Position numbers and translations under genes: made by a program | Notes under the pieces: model-generated | What the model was told of the DNA's origin: nothing | The model's database searches: none | What the model saw: only the letters and a program-made list of their open reading frames with translations | In this document: positions 40,457 to 50,156 of the stretch, one piece after another | Layout of the letters: each line of letters opens with the position of its first letter | How positions within the stretch are numbered: position 1 is the stretch's first letter | Assembly: GCA_963846575.1 (NCBI GenBank) | Contig: CAWJWJ010000002.1 | Location: forward strand, 736,001-800,000 | Reading direction: 5' to 3' | Length of the DNA stretch: 64,000 nucleotides | From: an uncultured Nitrospiraceae bacterium | GTDB taxonomy: Bacteria > Nitrospirota > Nitrospiria > Nitrospirales > Nitrospiraceae

Positions 40457-41866
40457 TTATCTCGGCATAACCTGAAAGACATCCCGGAGGTCCTGGGCCA
40501 TATCGCTCGCATGACGGTAACGGTGGGAAATTTCTTTCTGCAACGCTCGATCGAGGATGCATTGGACGCGCGTCGGTAAATCTTGACGGTATTTAAGCAT
40601 CGGGGGGTGAGGAGCCTTCACGATACGCATGACGAGGGCCGCCATGTTTTCCGCATCGAATGGCCTCTCGCCGCTCAGAAGTTCGAACAGGACGATGCCA
40701 AGGGAAAAGACGTCCGATCGACCGTCCACATCTTTTCCGGTGGCCTGCTCAGGCGACATGTACCGCGGAGTACCGAGGATCATGCTGGTCTGAGTTTTTG
40801 ACGCGCTAGCCATTTTGGCAATGCCAAAATCCATGACCTTCACGAGGCGCTGTTTCAAAATCATGATATTGGCGGGTTTCACGTCTCGATGCACGACGCC
40901 CTGACTGTGGGCGTAATCCAGCGCATCGGCGACAGTGGCTACGATCTGCAAGGCCTGTTTCGCGGGGAGTATGGCGGATTTCTGGCAGTAAGAGTTGAGC
41001 AGGGTTCCTTCGAGATATTCCATGGCGATGTAGGCCAGGCCTTCCTGTTCCCCCGCGTCATAGACCGTGACGATATTGGGGTGCGAGAGGCGGCCTGTCG
41101 ACTCCGCCTCCCGGAAGAACCGATCGCGAAACTCTTTCAGCTCTTCGTCACGATCGATCTCGTCCAGCCGCATCGTCTTAATCGCGACGAAACGTTGGAT
41201 CGTCGGATCCTTCCCGAGGTACACGATTCCCATCGCTCCGCGGCCGAGTTCCCTCACAATGTGATATCGCCCCAGCGTAGCGGGCACGCCGGCGTTCGCA
41301 CGAGCGACTACGGGGACTGCGACACGGGTGGGGGTGGGAGAGGGTCGTTCGTTGCGACTCAGGACTCCGGCGACTGGAGCGGGCTCTGCTTCTTCGGGTT
41401 CGGCGAGGCGCCGCCGACGCCGTCCGTCAAGGGTCCGAGTCAGGGCATCGGCATGTCGCACCCAAGCGAATGTCAACCAGGCGGCCGAGCCGATGAGGCC
41501 GCCGGTAACCAGCCAGTTGTACAACGGCTGTCTGGGAGGACCGAGCACGGATACTCCATGGGCGTCGTACATGCGAGAGGAGAGGATGACGATCAGCAGG
41601 AAAGCGGCGGGAAAGATGATTGAACGGAAAAAGGCTTGTCCCGTGCCGTCCTCGCGAAGCTCCCGCCGTGCCCGGGCGGCGGTAAGCCAGATCATGAGCA
41701 GGCAAAGTCCGTCCGCGAGAAATCGAACCGCCTGGGCGGCATTCATTGCTAACGGGGGGAGGAAGGTCTGGGTGAAGAGGGGGAGGGCGGCTAAAAACGG
41801 CCCTATCAGGATGGAGAGGATGATGACGATGAGATACGGGCCGATCCAGCCCCAGGATGTTGCCAT
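40457..41866 (-). CDS. Hanks-type Ser/Thr kinase with N-terminal multi-TM region
   Basis: LGRGAMG, VAIK, HRDVKPAN, DFG, GTPRYMSPE. Start is 41866 or 41920. Confidence 0.93.
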   Translation of the reverse strand: MATSWGWIGPYLIVIILSILIGPFLAALPLFTQTFLPPLAMNAAQAVRFLADGLCLLMIWLTAARARRELREDGTGQAFFRSIIFPAAFLLIVILSSRMYDAHGVSVLGPPRQPLYNWLVTGGLIGSAAWLTFAWVRHADALTRTLDGRRRRRLAEPEEAEPAPVAGVLSRNERPSPTPTRVAVPVVARANAGVPATLGRYHIVRELGRGAMGIVYLGKDPTIQRFVAIKTMRLDEIDRDEELKEFRDRFFREAESTGRLSHPNIVTVYDAGEQEGLAYIAMEYLEGTLLNSYCQKSAILPAKQALQIVATVADALDYAHSQGVVHRDVKPANIMILKQRLVKVMDFGIAKMASASKTQTSMILGTPRYMSPEQATGKDVDGRSDVFSLGIVLFELLSGERPFDAENMAALVMRIVKAPHPPMLKYRQDLPTRVQCILDRALQKEISHRYRHASDMAQDLRDVFQVMPR

Positions 41867-42008
41867 AAGAGCGATTCGCGGGATTGTGTCCCAGTGTAGC
41901 GAAAGGTGGTGGAGTGTCAACGAAACGTAGGAATGACGCAGCCATGGGCGGCCCTGGCTGCGTCCTCGAAGCGGAAGCCGTTCGATGCGGGAGAAGTGGC
42001 GCGCACGA

Positions 42009-42854
42009 TCAGGCGGTGGCGGCTTTTCTCAAGGGATCGAGCAGTTTGTCCGAAACCTTCAGCTGACCGCGGCCGATGCCCACCTCGATGTCGGGCTTGG
42101 TGACGCCATGGAAGTCACTTCCCCCGGTTACGAGGAGGTCGCACTGCCGTGCAAGGTCCAGATACTCGGACGTCTGGCTGGGAGTATGGGTGCTGTAGTG
42201 AACCTCGATCCCTCCCAATCCGGATTCCTTTAGCTGTCGAATCAACGTGCGCAGGCCCTCAGCGGATGTTCGCACCCACGTGGGATGAGCCAGAACCGGC
42301 ACGCCGCCGGCCTCGCGAATCCAGCGCACCGCTTCAGCCGGTTCAGGCAGCTCGCGATCGACGAAGGCAGGCCGCCCATTGGCCAGATACCGATCGAAGG
42401 CTTCCTTGGCAGAGCTGACGAATTTCTTTTCCATCAACAGGCGGGCGATGTGCGGACGGCCGACGGATTCCGTACCGGCCAGTGCACGGACCTCGTCATA
42501 GGTGATGGGGATCCCCAGCTCATTGAGGCGCTGGACGATCTTCGGATTGCGGGTATGGCGGCTGTCTCGCAAACTGACCAGCCGTTGTGCGAGCACCGGA
42601 TCGGTCCACTTCAGAAAGTATCCCAGGATGTGGAGTTCGCTCTCTCCTTGTCGTGAACTGATTTCAACGCCGGGGATGGCTTCAATGCCGAGTTCGTTCC
42701 CGATTGTGATGGCTTCCGGAACCCCATCCACGATGTCATGATCCGTAATGGCCAAAGCGGTGATGCCGGCTTGCTTCGCGAAGGTCATCACCTCGCGGGT
42801 GGTGAAGCTGCCGTCTGAATGGGTGGTGTGGAGATGGAGGTCGATTCGACTCAT
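42009..42854 (-). CDS. PHP-domain phosphoesterase (TrpH/YciV-like)
   Basis: DLHLHTTHSDG, AITDHD, GVEIS, LAHP, GGSDFHG. Confidence 0.93.
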   Translation of the reverse strand: MSRIDLHLHTTHSDGSFTTREVMTFAKQAGITALAITDHDIVDGVPEAITIGNELGIEAIPGVEISSRQGESELHILGYFLKWTDPVLAQRLVSLRDSRHTRNPKIVQRLNELGIPITYDEVRALAGTESVGRPHIARLLMEKKFVSSAKEAFDRYLANGRPAFVDRELPEPAEAVRWIREAGGVPVLAHPTWVRTSAEGLRTLIRQLKESGLGGIEVHYSTHTPSQTSEYLDLARQCDLLVTGGSDFHGVTKPDIEVGIGRGQLKVSDKLLDPLRKAATA

Positions 42855-43789
42855 TGTGGTGTCTCAGGCCCCGCTTTCTGCGCGATCAGGCGCGCGGTAT
42901 AGGAGGGTCCAGCGCCATGGCCTCCATAGTGTTCTCCTTCGTCGTAATGAAGCACCCGCAACGCGGATGTCAGGCGGAGCAGTTCATTATGGGCCAGACA
43001 AAATTCCCATCGGCGCGGATGTTGATGGCGGAAGTAGTTGTCGATGGTAAACGTTTCGTAGAGCAGGACCCCGTTCGGCTTCAAGGCGTCCAGCAACGCG
43101 GGGAAGAGCGGTCGGTGCAGATAGAAGAACACAAGGATGACGTCATAAATGTCCTGCCCCAAGCTCGGGGCCCGGTCCGGGTCTTGTTCCAGATCGACCA
43201 CCCGGGTGGTGAGCCCTGTGAGATGCCGGGCTTGCGCGTTCGCTTCCAAGATGGTCAATGACTCAGCGTCTCGATCGATGGCCTCCACCTGCATGCCGTG
43301 AGACAACAGGTGCAGTGTATGACGGCCACGGCCGGCCGCCACATCGAGGGCCCTGCCCTTGGGCAGTCTCCCCATTTGTTGTTCGAGGAATGGGGCGGGA
43401 AGCGGTTCTTTTGCCTGCGCGTGATGTGCCGCACGTGTTCGTTCCAGACGGACGCCGACCGAGCCGGTAATCATCGCGAGCGGAGCGTGGAGCTTGCGAA
43501 TCCACATACGGATTCGATCCAGCGGAAATTCCGCAAACAGCATGCCGACAAGTTGTTCCCCCAGGGCTTCCAATAAGCTGCATTCCAGGGAGCTTCCGAG
43601 CGAGACAAGGCGGTGGGCTACCCGGGCGTAGTCAATCGTGTCGTTCAGACGATCCGACAGTGCGGCCGAGGCAATCGAGGTCTCCAACTCGAGGTCAACG
43701 GCCAAAAGCTGTGGCTTCCGGCGTTCGTCCTCGGTGACGCCGCAATGGCCGTAAAACTCCAGACGCTCAATCACTATATGCGCTGACAT
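42851..43789 (-). CDS. folB: Dihydroneopterin aldolase fused to a TehB-like SAM methyltransferase
   Basis: N-terminal GHCGV..ER..Q..VD..IDYA..LLE; C-terminal ALDVAAGRGR..LKPNGVLLYE. Confidence 0.88.
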   Translation of the reverse strand: MSAHIVIERLEFYGHCGVTEDERRKPQLLAVDLELETSIASAALSDRLNDTIDYARVAHRLVSLGSSLECSLLEALGEQLVGMLFAEFPLDRIRMWIRKLHAPLAMITGSVGVRLERTRAAHHAQAKEPLPAPFLEQQMGRLPKGRALDVAAGRGRHTLHLLSHGMQVEAIDRDAESLTILEANAQARHLTGLTTRVVDLEQDPDRAPSLGQDIYDVILVFFYLHRPLFPALLDALKPNGVLLYETFTIDNYFRHQHPRRWEFCLAHNELLRLTSALRVLHYDEGEHYGGHGAGPSYTARLIAQKAGPETPQ

Positions 43790-43795
43790 GGCGGC

Positions 43796-43825
43796 ATTGT
43801 CATGGATGGTGTTTCAGGCTGTCAA
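43796..43825 (-). promoter_or_regulatory. Sigma70 promoter, probably giving a leaderless folB mRNA
   Basis: TTGACA-N18-GACAAT, with 6 nt between the -10 box and the ATG and no SD. Confidence 0.55.
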
Positions 43826-43913
43826 GCAAGGGAAAGGGAGGTCAGCGGAGAAAGGGCGGTTTGACTCGTGATTCGGCAAAGTGGTCAGGGCACCGTCCGA
43901 TCCGGTGCGTGAG

Positions 43914-44459
43914 TCAGCGGTTCAGCCAGATCGTGTTTCTTTTGAGGCTGGATGATACAGCAGACAGGATAGTTGGAGGAAGCAGCCTGCTGAGTCCCGT
44001 GTATCTCATGAATTTCGAAAGTTGACCGATCCACCGGGCTAATGGCGTGATCACCTCCCTTGATAGCTGGTCTCGGACGGTCTGCCAAAGGTGCTGCGCC
44101 CCGGAGCCTATCAACTCGATGACCTGTCTGGATCCGGCTGCGGCTTGTCGATCGGTTGGAAGACTGCTCAACTCCGCCTTGTACGCCTTCTGCCGTCGCC
44201 ACATCTGAGCCAGCGCCGCAGCTGCCACTAGGGTAAGGAGAAGAGGATTCGGCGGAGCGGAAAAGAGCCATCGCCACCATTCATAGAGGGCCAGAATCGA
44301 TAGGCAGCTCGGTAGCACGAGCGAATCCGCTTGGTGAGAGCGCAGGAGACGAATGCGTTCTCCCGCCGGTTGCCCTGGGAACCGCAAGGGAATCGTATAG
44401 AGGGGGGTGCGACGGTTTCTCGAGTTGAAGAATCGCGCCAACCGGATCATTGCGGACAC
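43914..44459 (-). CDS. Hypothetical membrane protein resembling the N-terminal TM part of NERD-domain proteins
   Basis: R.PL...PLR.PGQ and EWWRW....PP.P.L.T motifs; AGGAG RBS before a GTG start. Confidence 0.55.
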   Translation of the reverse strand: MSAMIRLARFFNSRNRRTPLYTIPLRFPGQPAGERIRLLRSHQADSLVLPSCLSILALYEWWRWLFSAPPNPLLLTLVAAAALAQMWRRQKAYKAELSSLPTDRQAAAGSRQVIELIGSGAQHLWQTVRDQLSREVITPLARWIGQLSKFMRYTGLSRLLPPTILSAVSSSLKRNTIWLNR

Positions 44460-44846
44460 CTCCTGCTGTGAGCCTAGTGACGGTAAGTGGGCATTGTAGG
44501 CCAGGCCGCGGGATTGGAATAGAAAAGATAGAGTTTTTACAGGCCACGGGGCATCCCGTGAGCGTCGTAAGGATTGTTGTCAGGCACGACTGCTCCATCC
44601 GGGATTGAGATGATGACAGGGTTACACAGACGACAGGCATATCCGTTGGAACAAGGTGTGGGCAAGCCATTCGCCGAACACCTCGGCCTGTGGCAGCCTG
44701 GGAGCCGCCACCCCGCCAGGCTTGTCGCGCAATGAGGGTGTGGTGAATGCGTATTGGCTATTCCATTTGCTGCTGATTGCGTGTATGAACGTGGAGTGAC
44801 GACTCGGGAGCGAGTCGACTCACACAACCATCACAGGAGGTAGGCA

Positions 44847-44945
44847 ATGGCGAAGGGCATGCAGCAGAAGAAATCGACCAAGAAGAAACCCGCGAAGACA
44901 CTCATGGAGAAGCGGGCCGAAAAGAGTGCGAAGAAGGGCCGCTGA
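44847..44945 (+). CDS. 32-aa Lys-rich small protein MAKGMQQKKSTKKKPAKTLMEKRAEKSAKKGR
   Basis: AGGAGG RBS 6 nt upstream of the ATG; below the ORF-track size cutoff. Confidence 0.75.
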   Translation: MAKGMQQKKSTKKKPAKTLMEKRAEKSAKKGR

Positions 44946-45145
44946 CTAGGCCAGCCGGACCGGCGACGGATTCGGGATCGCGGTCATCGTCCAGGACGGA
45001 CGTTGCCGGAGGAACGGTGGTCCCACGCCGTCCTGGGAACGCAGATGGGGCGGGGGCGCCAGTGAGGCGCGAGACAATCGGACGATTCCCCTGAACGGGC
45101 GAGTGGCATATCGGGAGTGTTTCCGAAGAGTCAGGCATTCGGATG

Positions 45146-45664
45146 TTAACGCAGTTTTTGCAAGACTCCCTCGGCAACAATTGAGTCCGGATGGCCCCCC
45201 ACAAGCAGGTCCTTATCGCCGAAATGGGAGGCTGATCTGGTCGTGACCCGCACCTTCAGTCCTCCCGGCGCGAGCGAATATTCAAAGAGGGCGGCTTCCT
45301 CTCGCTGATCCATATACCCCTGGCTTGCGCGTTCGAATGAGCCGACTATTCCCACCGACAGCCTGCCCGGGCCTTTCTCAAAACTCTTCACGACCATTCG
45401 TTGCACGCCGCCCCCTTGAGGGACGTATTCCACCGTTTGACCGACGTGAGACAATTCGACCTGCCGGGACAGCCCTTTGTTGTTCGTATAGGCATAGAGG
45501 GGCAAGCCCTGGGCACTGAAATCAATTTGGACCTCGGCCTGGCTGCCGTCCGAGCTGGTCAGTGTTCCTTTCCACCCCCCGGTCAGATCCGCTGCGTTCA
45601 GTGTGACGGCCATCAAGAGCAGGCACAGACTCGTCGTGATACCAACAAAGGGTGTTGCGGGCAT
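45146..45664 (-). CDS. Secreted hypothetical protein, beta-rich
   Basis: Signal peptide, ADLTGGWKG start of the mature chain, AAGGAG RBS. Confidence 0.75.
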   Translation of the reverse strand: MPATPFVGITTSLCLLLMAVTLNAADLTGGWKGTLTSSDGSQAEVQIDFSAQGLPLYAYTNNKGLSRQVELSHVGQTVEYVPQGGGVQRMVVKSFEKGPGRLSVGIVGSFERASQGYMDQREEAALFEYSLAPGGLKVRVTTRSASHFGDKDLLVGGHPDSIVAEGVLQKLR

Positions 45665-45943
45665 GAGTTGCTCCTTCCGGTTGTTTCGCGTCCTTCGCCT
45701 AAATGTTTTCGCGAGCCCCGTATTCCGGGAAACCTATGTCCATGGTCAGGGCGGCCCATGCTCTTGTCTACAGGATCATGAAGGGTTGCTGCTGCGCAAT
45801 GCGAGTGGCGGCCCCGGGCGTAGGGGATAAGGTGTCCGGCTCGCCGGCAGACCGTCCTTCATGCCGCCTGATCGCAGTTGCTGGATGCCATGCAGACCTA
45901 ACTTGAGTGGTCGGGCAGCAGCGAGGGTCGCAAAAGTCTGATC

Positions 45944-46228
45944 CTAAGATGGCGACACGGTAATCTCTGGAGGGAAAACTGTCAACGGAGGAAGACGACA
46001 AATACGGGTATTCAGCGGACTTCGCACCTGAGCCGCGCAGGAGAGAAGCGTAACTGCCGGAATCGACCGCGGTCCGCGTCTACGGTCCTCGTCCTCGACA
46101 TCTTCGATTGCCTGCTGGAGCGCGGCGACGAACGCCGCCGGGTCAGCCAGGTCGCTTTCCCGCAGTTGGAATTCCGACACCAGCACACCGTCTTTATCCA
46201 CTACCATCAAGCGATATCCCTGTTTCAC
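45944..46228 (-). CDS. Small hypothetical protein
   Basis: GTG start with AGAGGAG RBS. The first ~50 aa look globular (GYRLMVVDKDGVLVSEFQL); the tail is doubtful. Confidence 0.55.
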   Translation of the reverse strand: MKQGYRLMVVDKDGVLVSEFQLRESDLADPAAFVAALQQAIEDVEDEDRRRGPRSIPAVTLLSCAAQVRSPLNTRICRLPPLTVFPPEITVSPS

Positions 46229-46557
46229 ATTGACTCCTCTCGTCCGTGAAGCGATGTGAGATTCGTGACCCGGATTGTCCCCCATCAATATGCGCCATGA
46301 CCGAAGTGCGCTCAGGGCGAGCGTTGCGTGTCATGCGTGCGGGTCCGCGCTGTATGTCTGCAGGCCTGACGGCAGAAAGAAGGATTCCGGCCGGCTTGGT
46401 ACAATGGGTTCAGGTCTGCGGCTACAGAGTTCAGCGCCAGGAAGGATACTCTCCTGGTGGTCGGTCCGACAACACAATGGACCTTCCTCTTGCCCGGCAT
46501 GGGATAGCTATACCGTCGGAATGGTCGTCACAAAGAAGAGAACGAGCGCCGCATAGC

Positions 46558-46587
46558 TTGACTCCCCTTTTCCCCGGCTCCTATAAT
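46558..46587 (+). promoter_or_regulatory. Sigma70 promoter of the moa operon
   Basis: TTGACT-N18-TATAAT. Confidence 0.7.
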
Positions 46588-46630
46588 TCGGTGATTCTGA
46601 ACCTGATAACCAACTGATTTGGCGCAGAGA

Positions 46631-47126
46631 ATGGCCGAATTTACGCATTTCAATGAGTCCGGGCGTGCCGCGTATGGTCGACGTCGGAGCGAAGGCCTCC
46701 ACCGAGCGTCTCGCGACGGCGCAAGCCACGGTGTTTCTTCAGCCGGAGACCCTCGAAAAAATTCAGCGCGGCAAAATCGCTAAAGGTGATGTGTTGGCTG
46801 TCGCCCAGGTGGCTGGCATCATGGGGGCCAAAAAGACGCCTGATCTCATCCCGATGTGCCATCCCATCCTGCTGACCAGCGTCGATATCTCATTCCAGGA
46901 GACCCCCGAGCCGGATCGCGAGGGGCGTTGCGCTATCACCATTACGGCGACCGCCAAAACGACAGGTCCCACCGGCGTGGAAATGGAAGCGATGACGGCC
47001 GCTTCAGTGGCCGCATTGACGATCTATGACATGTGCAAAGCCGTGGACCGCGGCATGAGCTTCGGCGACATCTGCTTGTTAGCAAAATCCGGTGGAAAAT
47101 CGGGCTCCTATATGCGACCGGCCTGA
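46631..47126 (+). CDS. moaC: Cyclic pyranopterin monophosphate synthase MoaC with an apparent 1-nt insertion near 46670
   Basis: [13 protein letters not shown] in one frame; [35 protein letters not shown] in the next. Confidence 0.92.
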
Positions 47127-47170
47127 ACCCATGAAGGTTGGGTCCCCGCACATGAAGGTGGAATTCTGAC

Positions 47171-47422
47171 ATGGTGACGGTGCGGCTTTTCGGCATGACA
47201 AAAATGTTGGCGGGGAATCAGGGCACGCTGTCATTCGCGCTTTCGGAGGGACAGCGGGTGAAGGACCTGGTCGCCATGATTGAAACAGCCTATCCGAAGA
47301 TCGGGGAATTACTGCGGAAGAAAAAGGTACTCCTGTCGGTCAATCAGGACATTGCGCACGAAGACCTGGTGGTCATGGATGGGGATGAGGTTGCGCTGTT
47401 GCCCCCGTTTGCCGGTGGATGA
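47171..47422 (+). CDS. moaD: Molybdopterin synthase sulfur carrier MoaD
   Basis: C-terminal GDEVALLPPFAGG. Confidence 0.92.
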   Translation: MVTVRLFGMTKMLAGNQGTLSFALSEGQRVKDLVAMIETAYPKIGELLRKKKVLLSVNQDIAHEDLVVMDGDEVALLPPFAGG

Positions 47423-47579
47423 CGAATGCTGAGACAGGTTGCCAGGGGAACGCGCCTGGCTTGACGGGGCGAGGTGTCAGGTCGGTCGCAACGCCGTCTC
47501 CGCAGTGAGACCGGGGGAGATAGCCCTCACGACCATGCTTCCGAATGAGGGCGGGACAGCCAAGGAGAGGGAAAAACTG

Positions 47580-48053
47580 ATGAGTTCCGAACAGGTCACC
47601 ACAGCCGACCAGTCTGTCACGGACGATGACGCGATGCTGGTCCGCGTGCAACGGGAAGACTTCTCCATTGACGAAGAGCTGGGCCGGCTGCGCCGACGGT
47701 CAAAGCGCATCGGTGGTATTGCCATGTTTCTAGGTACGGCCCGCGACCGCTCGAAGGGGAAGGATGTGGACAGCATTACCTTCGAACATTACGAGGGGAT
47801 GGCGCAGAAGAAGTTGCGTGAGATCCGTGAGCGCGCGCTGAAAGACTTCGATGTGATTGAAGTGCTGGTCTTGCACCGTTATGGAGAGATCGGCATCGGA
47901 GAGAACATCGTGCTGATCATCGCGGGAGCCGAGCATCGCGCAGAAGCGTTCCGGGCCTGTAAGTGGGCGATCGACGAACTGAAGCAAATTACCCCTATCT
48001 GGAAACTCGAACATACTCCCGAAGGGGAGGTGTGGGTCGAGGAACATCCATAG
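47580..48053 (+). CDS. moaE: Molybdopterin synthase catalytic subunit MoaE
   Basis: FEHYEGMA, HRYG, HRAEAF, IDELK..PIWKLE. Confidence 0.93.
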   Translation: MSSEQVTTADQSVTDDDAMLVRVQREDFSIDEELGRLRRRSKRIGGIAMFLGTARDRSKGKDVDSITFEHYEGMAQKKLREIRERALKDFDVIEVLVLHRYGEIGIGENIVLIIAGAEHRAEAFRACKWAIDELKQITPIWKLEHTPEGEVWVEEHP

Positions 48054-48102
48054 CCCGTCAGGGTGCAAGCTACGGGCAGGAGACAGGAGCTTTCGAGTCA
48101 AT

Positions 48103-49167
48103 ATGGATCACACCACGCTCGATACACCCGCTCCCACGATCCACGACCGGCTGGGGCGCCCGCTCCGTAGCCTGCGTCTCTCCGTGACGGATCGCTGCAA
48201 CCTGCGGTGCAAGTACTGCATGCCCGAGGATGAGTACGCCTGGTTGCCGCGGGACACCATCCTGACGTTCGAGGAAATGGCCGAACTCACGTCGCTGTTT
48301 ACCGAGTTAGGCGTGGATAAAGTGCGGCTGACGGGCGGGGAGCCGCTGCTCCGTCGGGATCTTCCGCGTTTTGTCCGGCAACTCTCCGAAAATCGCCGGA
48401 TCACCGAAATCGCCTTGACCAGTAACGGCGTACTCATGGCGGACCAGGCCGCGGATCTATCCTTCGCCGGATTGAATCGCGTCACAATCAGTCTGGATAC
48501 CTTGCGCGCTGATCGTTTTCGCGCGCTGACCAAGCGCGATCTTCACCATCAGGTGTTCGATGGCATCAAGGCGGTCGTGCGGGCCGGATTTCCGTCGCTG
48601 AAATTCGATACGGTGGTCATGAAGGGTTACAACGACGACGAACTCGTTGATCTCATTGAGTACGGCAAAACGGTTGGCGCTGAGGTGCGGTTCATCGAAT
48701 ACATGGATGTGGGGGGCGCCACGGAGTGGTCCATGAGCAAGGTCCTGTCGCGGGCTGAGATGCTGGATCAATTAGGCCGGCATTACGGAGCGGTCAAGCC
48801 GATCGTGGAGCATTCGGTCGCGCCGGCAGAACGGTTCGTCCTGCCCGATGGAACCAGCTTTGGTATCATTCCATCAACGACGACCCCGTTCTGTCGATCC
48901 TGTGATCGCAGTCGGCTCACGGCTGACGGGATGTGGTACCTCTGTCTCTATGCCAAGGATGGTCTCGACTTACGGGCTCCATTACGGGCGGGCCGGTCCC
49001 GCAATGAACTCAAGACCCTGATCACCGAAGCCTGGCAGGGACGAGCAGATCGGGGAGCCGAGGAGAGGAAAGCCCTGGAAGGGCTGGGATTACGAGAACA
49101 GCGTCTGATTGAAATCAACCGCCTCCGTGAAGATCCCCATTTGGAAATGCATGCGCGAGGGGGATGA
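48103..49167 (+). CDS. moaA: GTP 3',8-cyclase MoaA
   Basis: TDRCNLRCKYCMP, FCRSCDRSR..CLY, C-terminal GG. Confidence 0.96.
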   Translation: MDHTTLDTPAPTIHDRLGRPLRSLRLSVTDRCNLRCKYCMPEDEYAWLPRDTILTFEEMAELTSLFTELGVDKVRLTGGEPLLRRDLPRFVRQLSENRRITEIALTSNGVLMADQAADLSFAGLNRVTISLDTLRADRFRALTKRDLHHQVFDGIKAVVRAGFPSLKFDTVVMKGYNDDELVDLIEYGKTVGAEVRFIEYMDVGGATEWSMSKVLSRAEMLDQLGRHYGAVKPIVEHSVAPAERFVLPDGTSFGIIPSTTTPFCRSCDRSRLTADGMWYLCLYAKDGLDLRAPLRAGRSRNELKTLITEAWQGRADRGAEERKALEGLGLREQRLIEINRLREDPHLEMHARGG

Positions 49168-49227
49168 CCGTCACTTCGTGCTGCTCCCACCGACGAATCG
49201 GTCGTCGTACTATTCTTGGAGCAGAGG

Positions 49228-49935
49228 ATGTTCGATCCTCATACCCTGACTATTTTGAGCTTCGGGTTCGTCCTGGGGCTACGTCACGCCTTGGACGCAG
49301 ATCATCTCGCGGCCCTGTCGACGGTCCTGGCAGAACGGCCGAGCGTTCAAGCTTCCACCATCATAGGGTTTTTTTGGGGGCTGGGCCACACGCTCATGTT
49401 GCTATGTGTGGGGATGTTGCTGTTGGCGTGGAACCTGACCATTCCTGAATCACTGGGCGCTGCGTTGGAGTTTGCGGTGGGGATGATGTTGGTGGGGCTC
49501 GGCCTGTCGCTGGCTCGGAGGATTTATCGAGAGCAATGGCATCTGCATGCCCATGAGCATGAGGGAAGAGCCCATCTGCACTTGCACAGTCATCGTGCGC
49601 AGCTGGATCACAAGCATGTGCACTGGTATCAGGGATCGCTCCGGCCGCTCCTGATCGGCATGGCGCATGGACTGGCGGGATCAGCCGCCCTGATGTTAAT
49701 CGTGCTCTCGACGGTGACGGGAATGGGCCAAGGGATCGGATATATCCTGATCTTTGGCATCGGGTCGATTCTCGGCATGGTTGGTGTCGGAGTGCTGTTC
49801 AGTCTGCCGGTCGTCTATTCGGTGGCGGTGGGGCCCCGGGCCTATCGGATCGTGCAGGGGCTTGCGTCTCTTACTAGCATCGCTCTGGGACTCGTGATGA
49901 TGGCGCGGATCGGTTTGAGCGGCAGCTGGTCATGA
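49228..49935 (+). CDS. NiCoT/UreH-like nickel/cobalt transporter
   Basis: GLRHALDADH, His-rich loop, GMAHGLAGSA, multiple TM helices. Confidence 0.85.
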   Translation: MFDPHTLTILSFGFVLGLRHALDADHLAALSTVLAERPSVQASTIIGFFWGLGHTLMLLCVGMLLLAWNLTIPESLGAALEFAVGMMLVGLGLSLARRIYREQWHLHAHEHEGRAHLHLHSHRAQLDHKHVHWYQGSLRPLLIGMAHGLAGSAALMLIVLSTVTGMGQGIGYILIFGIGSILGMVGVGVLFSLPVVYSVAVGPRAYRIVQGLASLTSIALGLVMMARIGLSGSWS

Positions 49936-50156
49936 CCCGGTCGGCTCTTACCCGGGCTCACCGTTTTTCCTGAAAGTGAAGCGCAGATGTCGTCTGTCTT
50001 GCATCTGCGGTCATGAGCCGTCCAGGTCTGACCAACGTGCAAATCTGTGTGCGCCTTCCGGAGAGGTATGTTATTCTCCCGCGCAGTGCAGACGTCGCAT
50101 CAACAGAAGCGTGAGGTCGCGCTGAGGCATGCAAACTATCGCGGGAAGCCCCGCCC

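Noticed and set aside
45905..45965. GGTCGCAAAAGTCTGATCCTAAG, superficially like part of a c-di-GMP-I riboswitch
   Set aside because: The upstream GGCAAA and GNRA-capped P2 stem are missing, and no gene lies directly downstream on that strand.
46400..46630. Possible Moco riboswitch upstream of moaC
   Set aside because: No Moco motif elements recognised, and the clear sigma70 promoter at 46558-46587 leaves only a ~35-nt leader.
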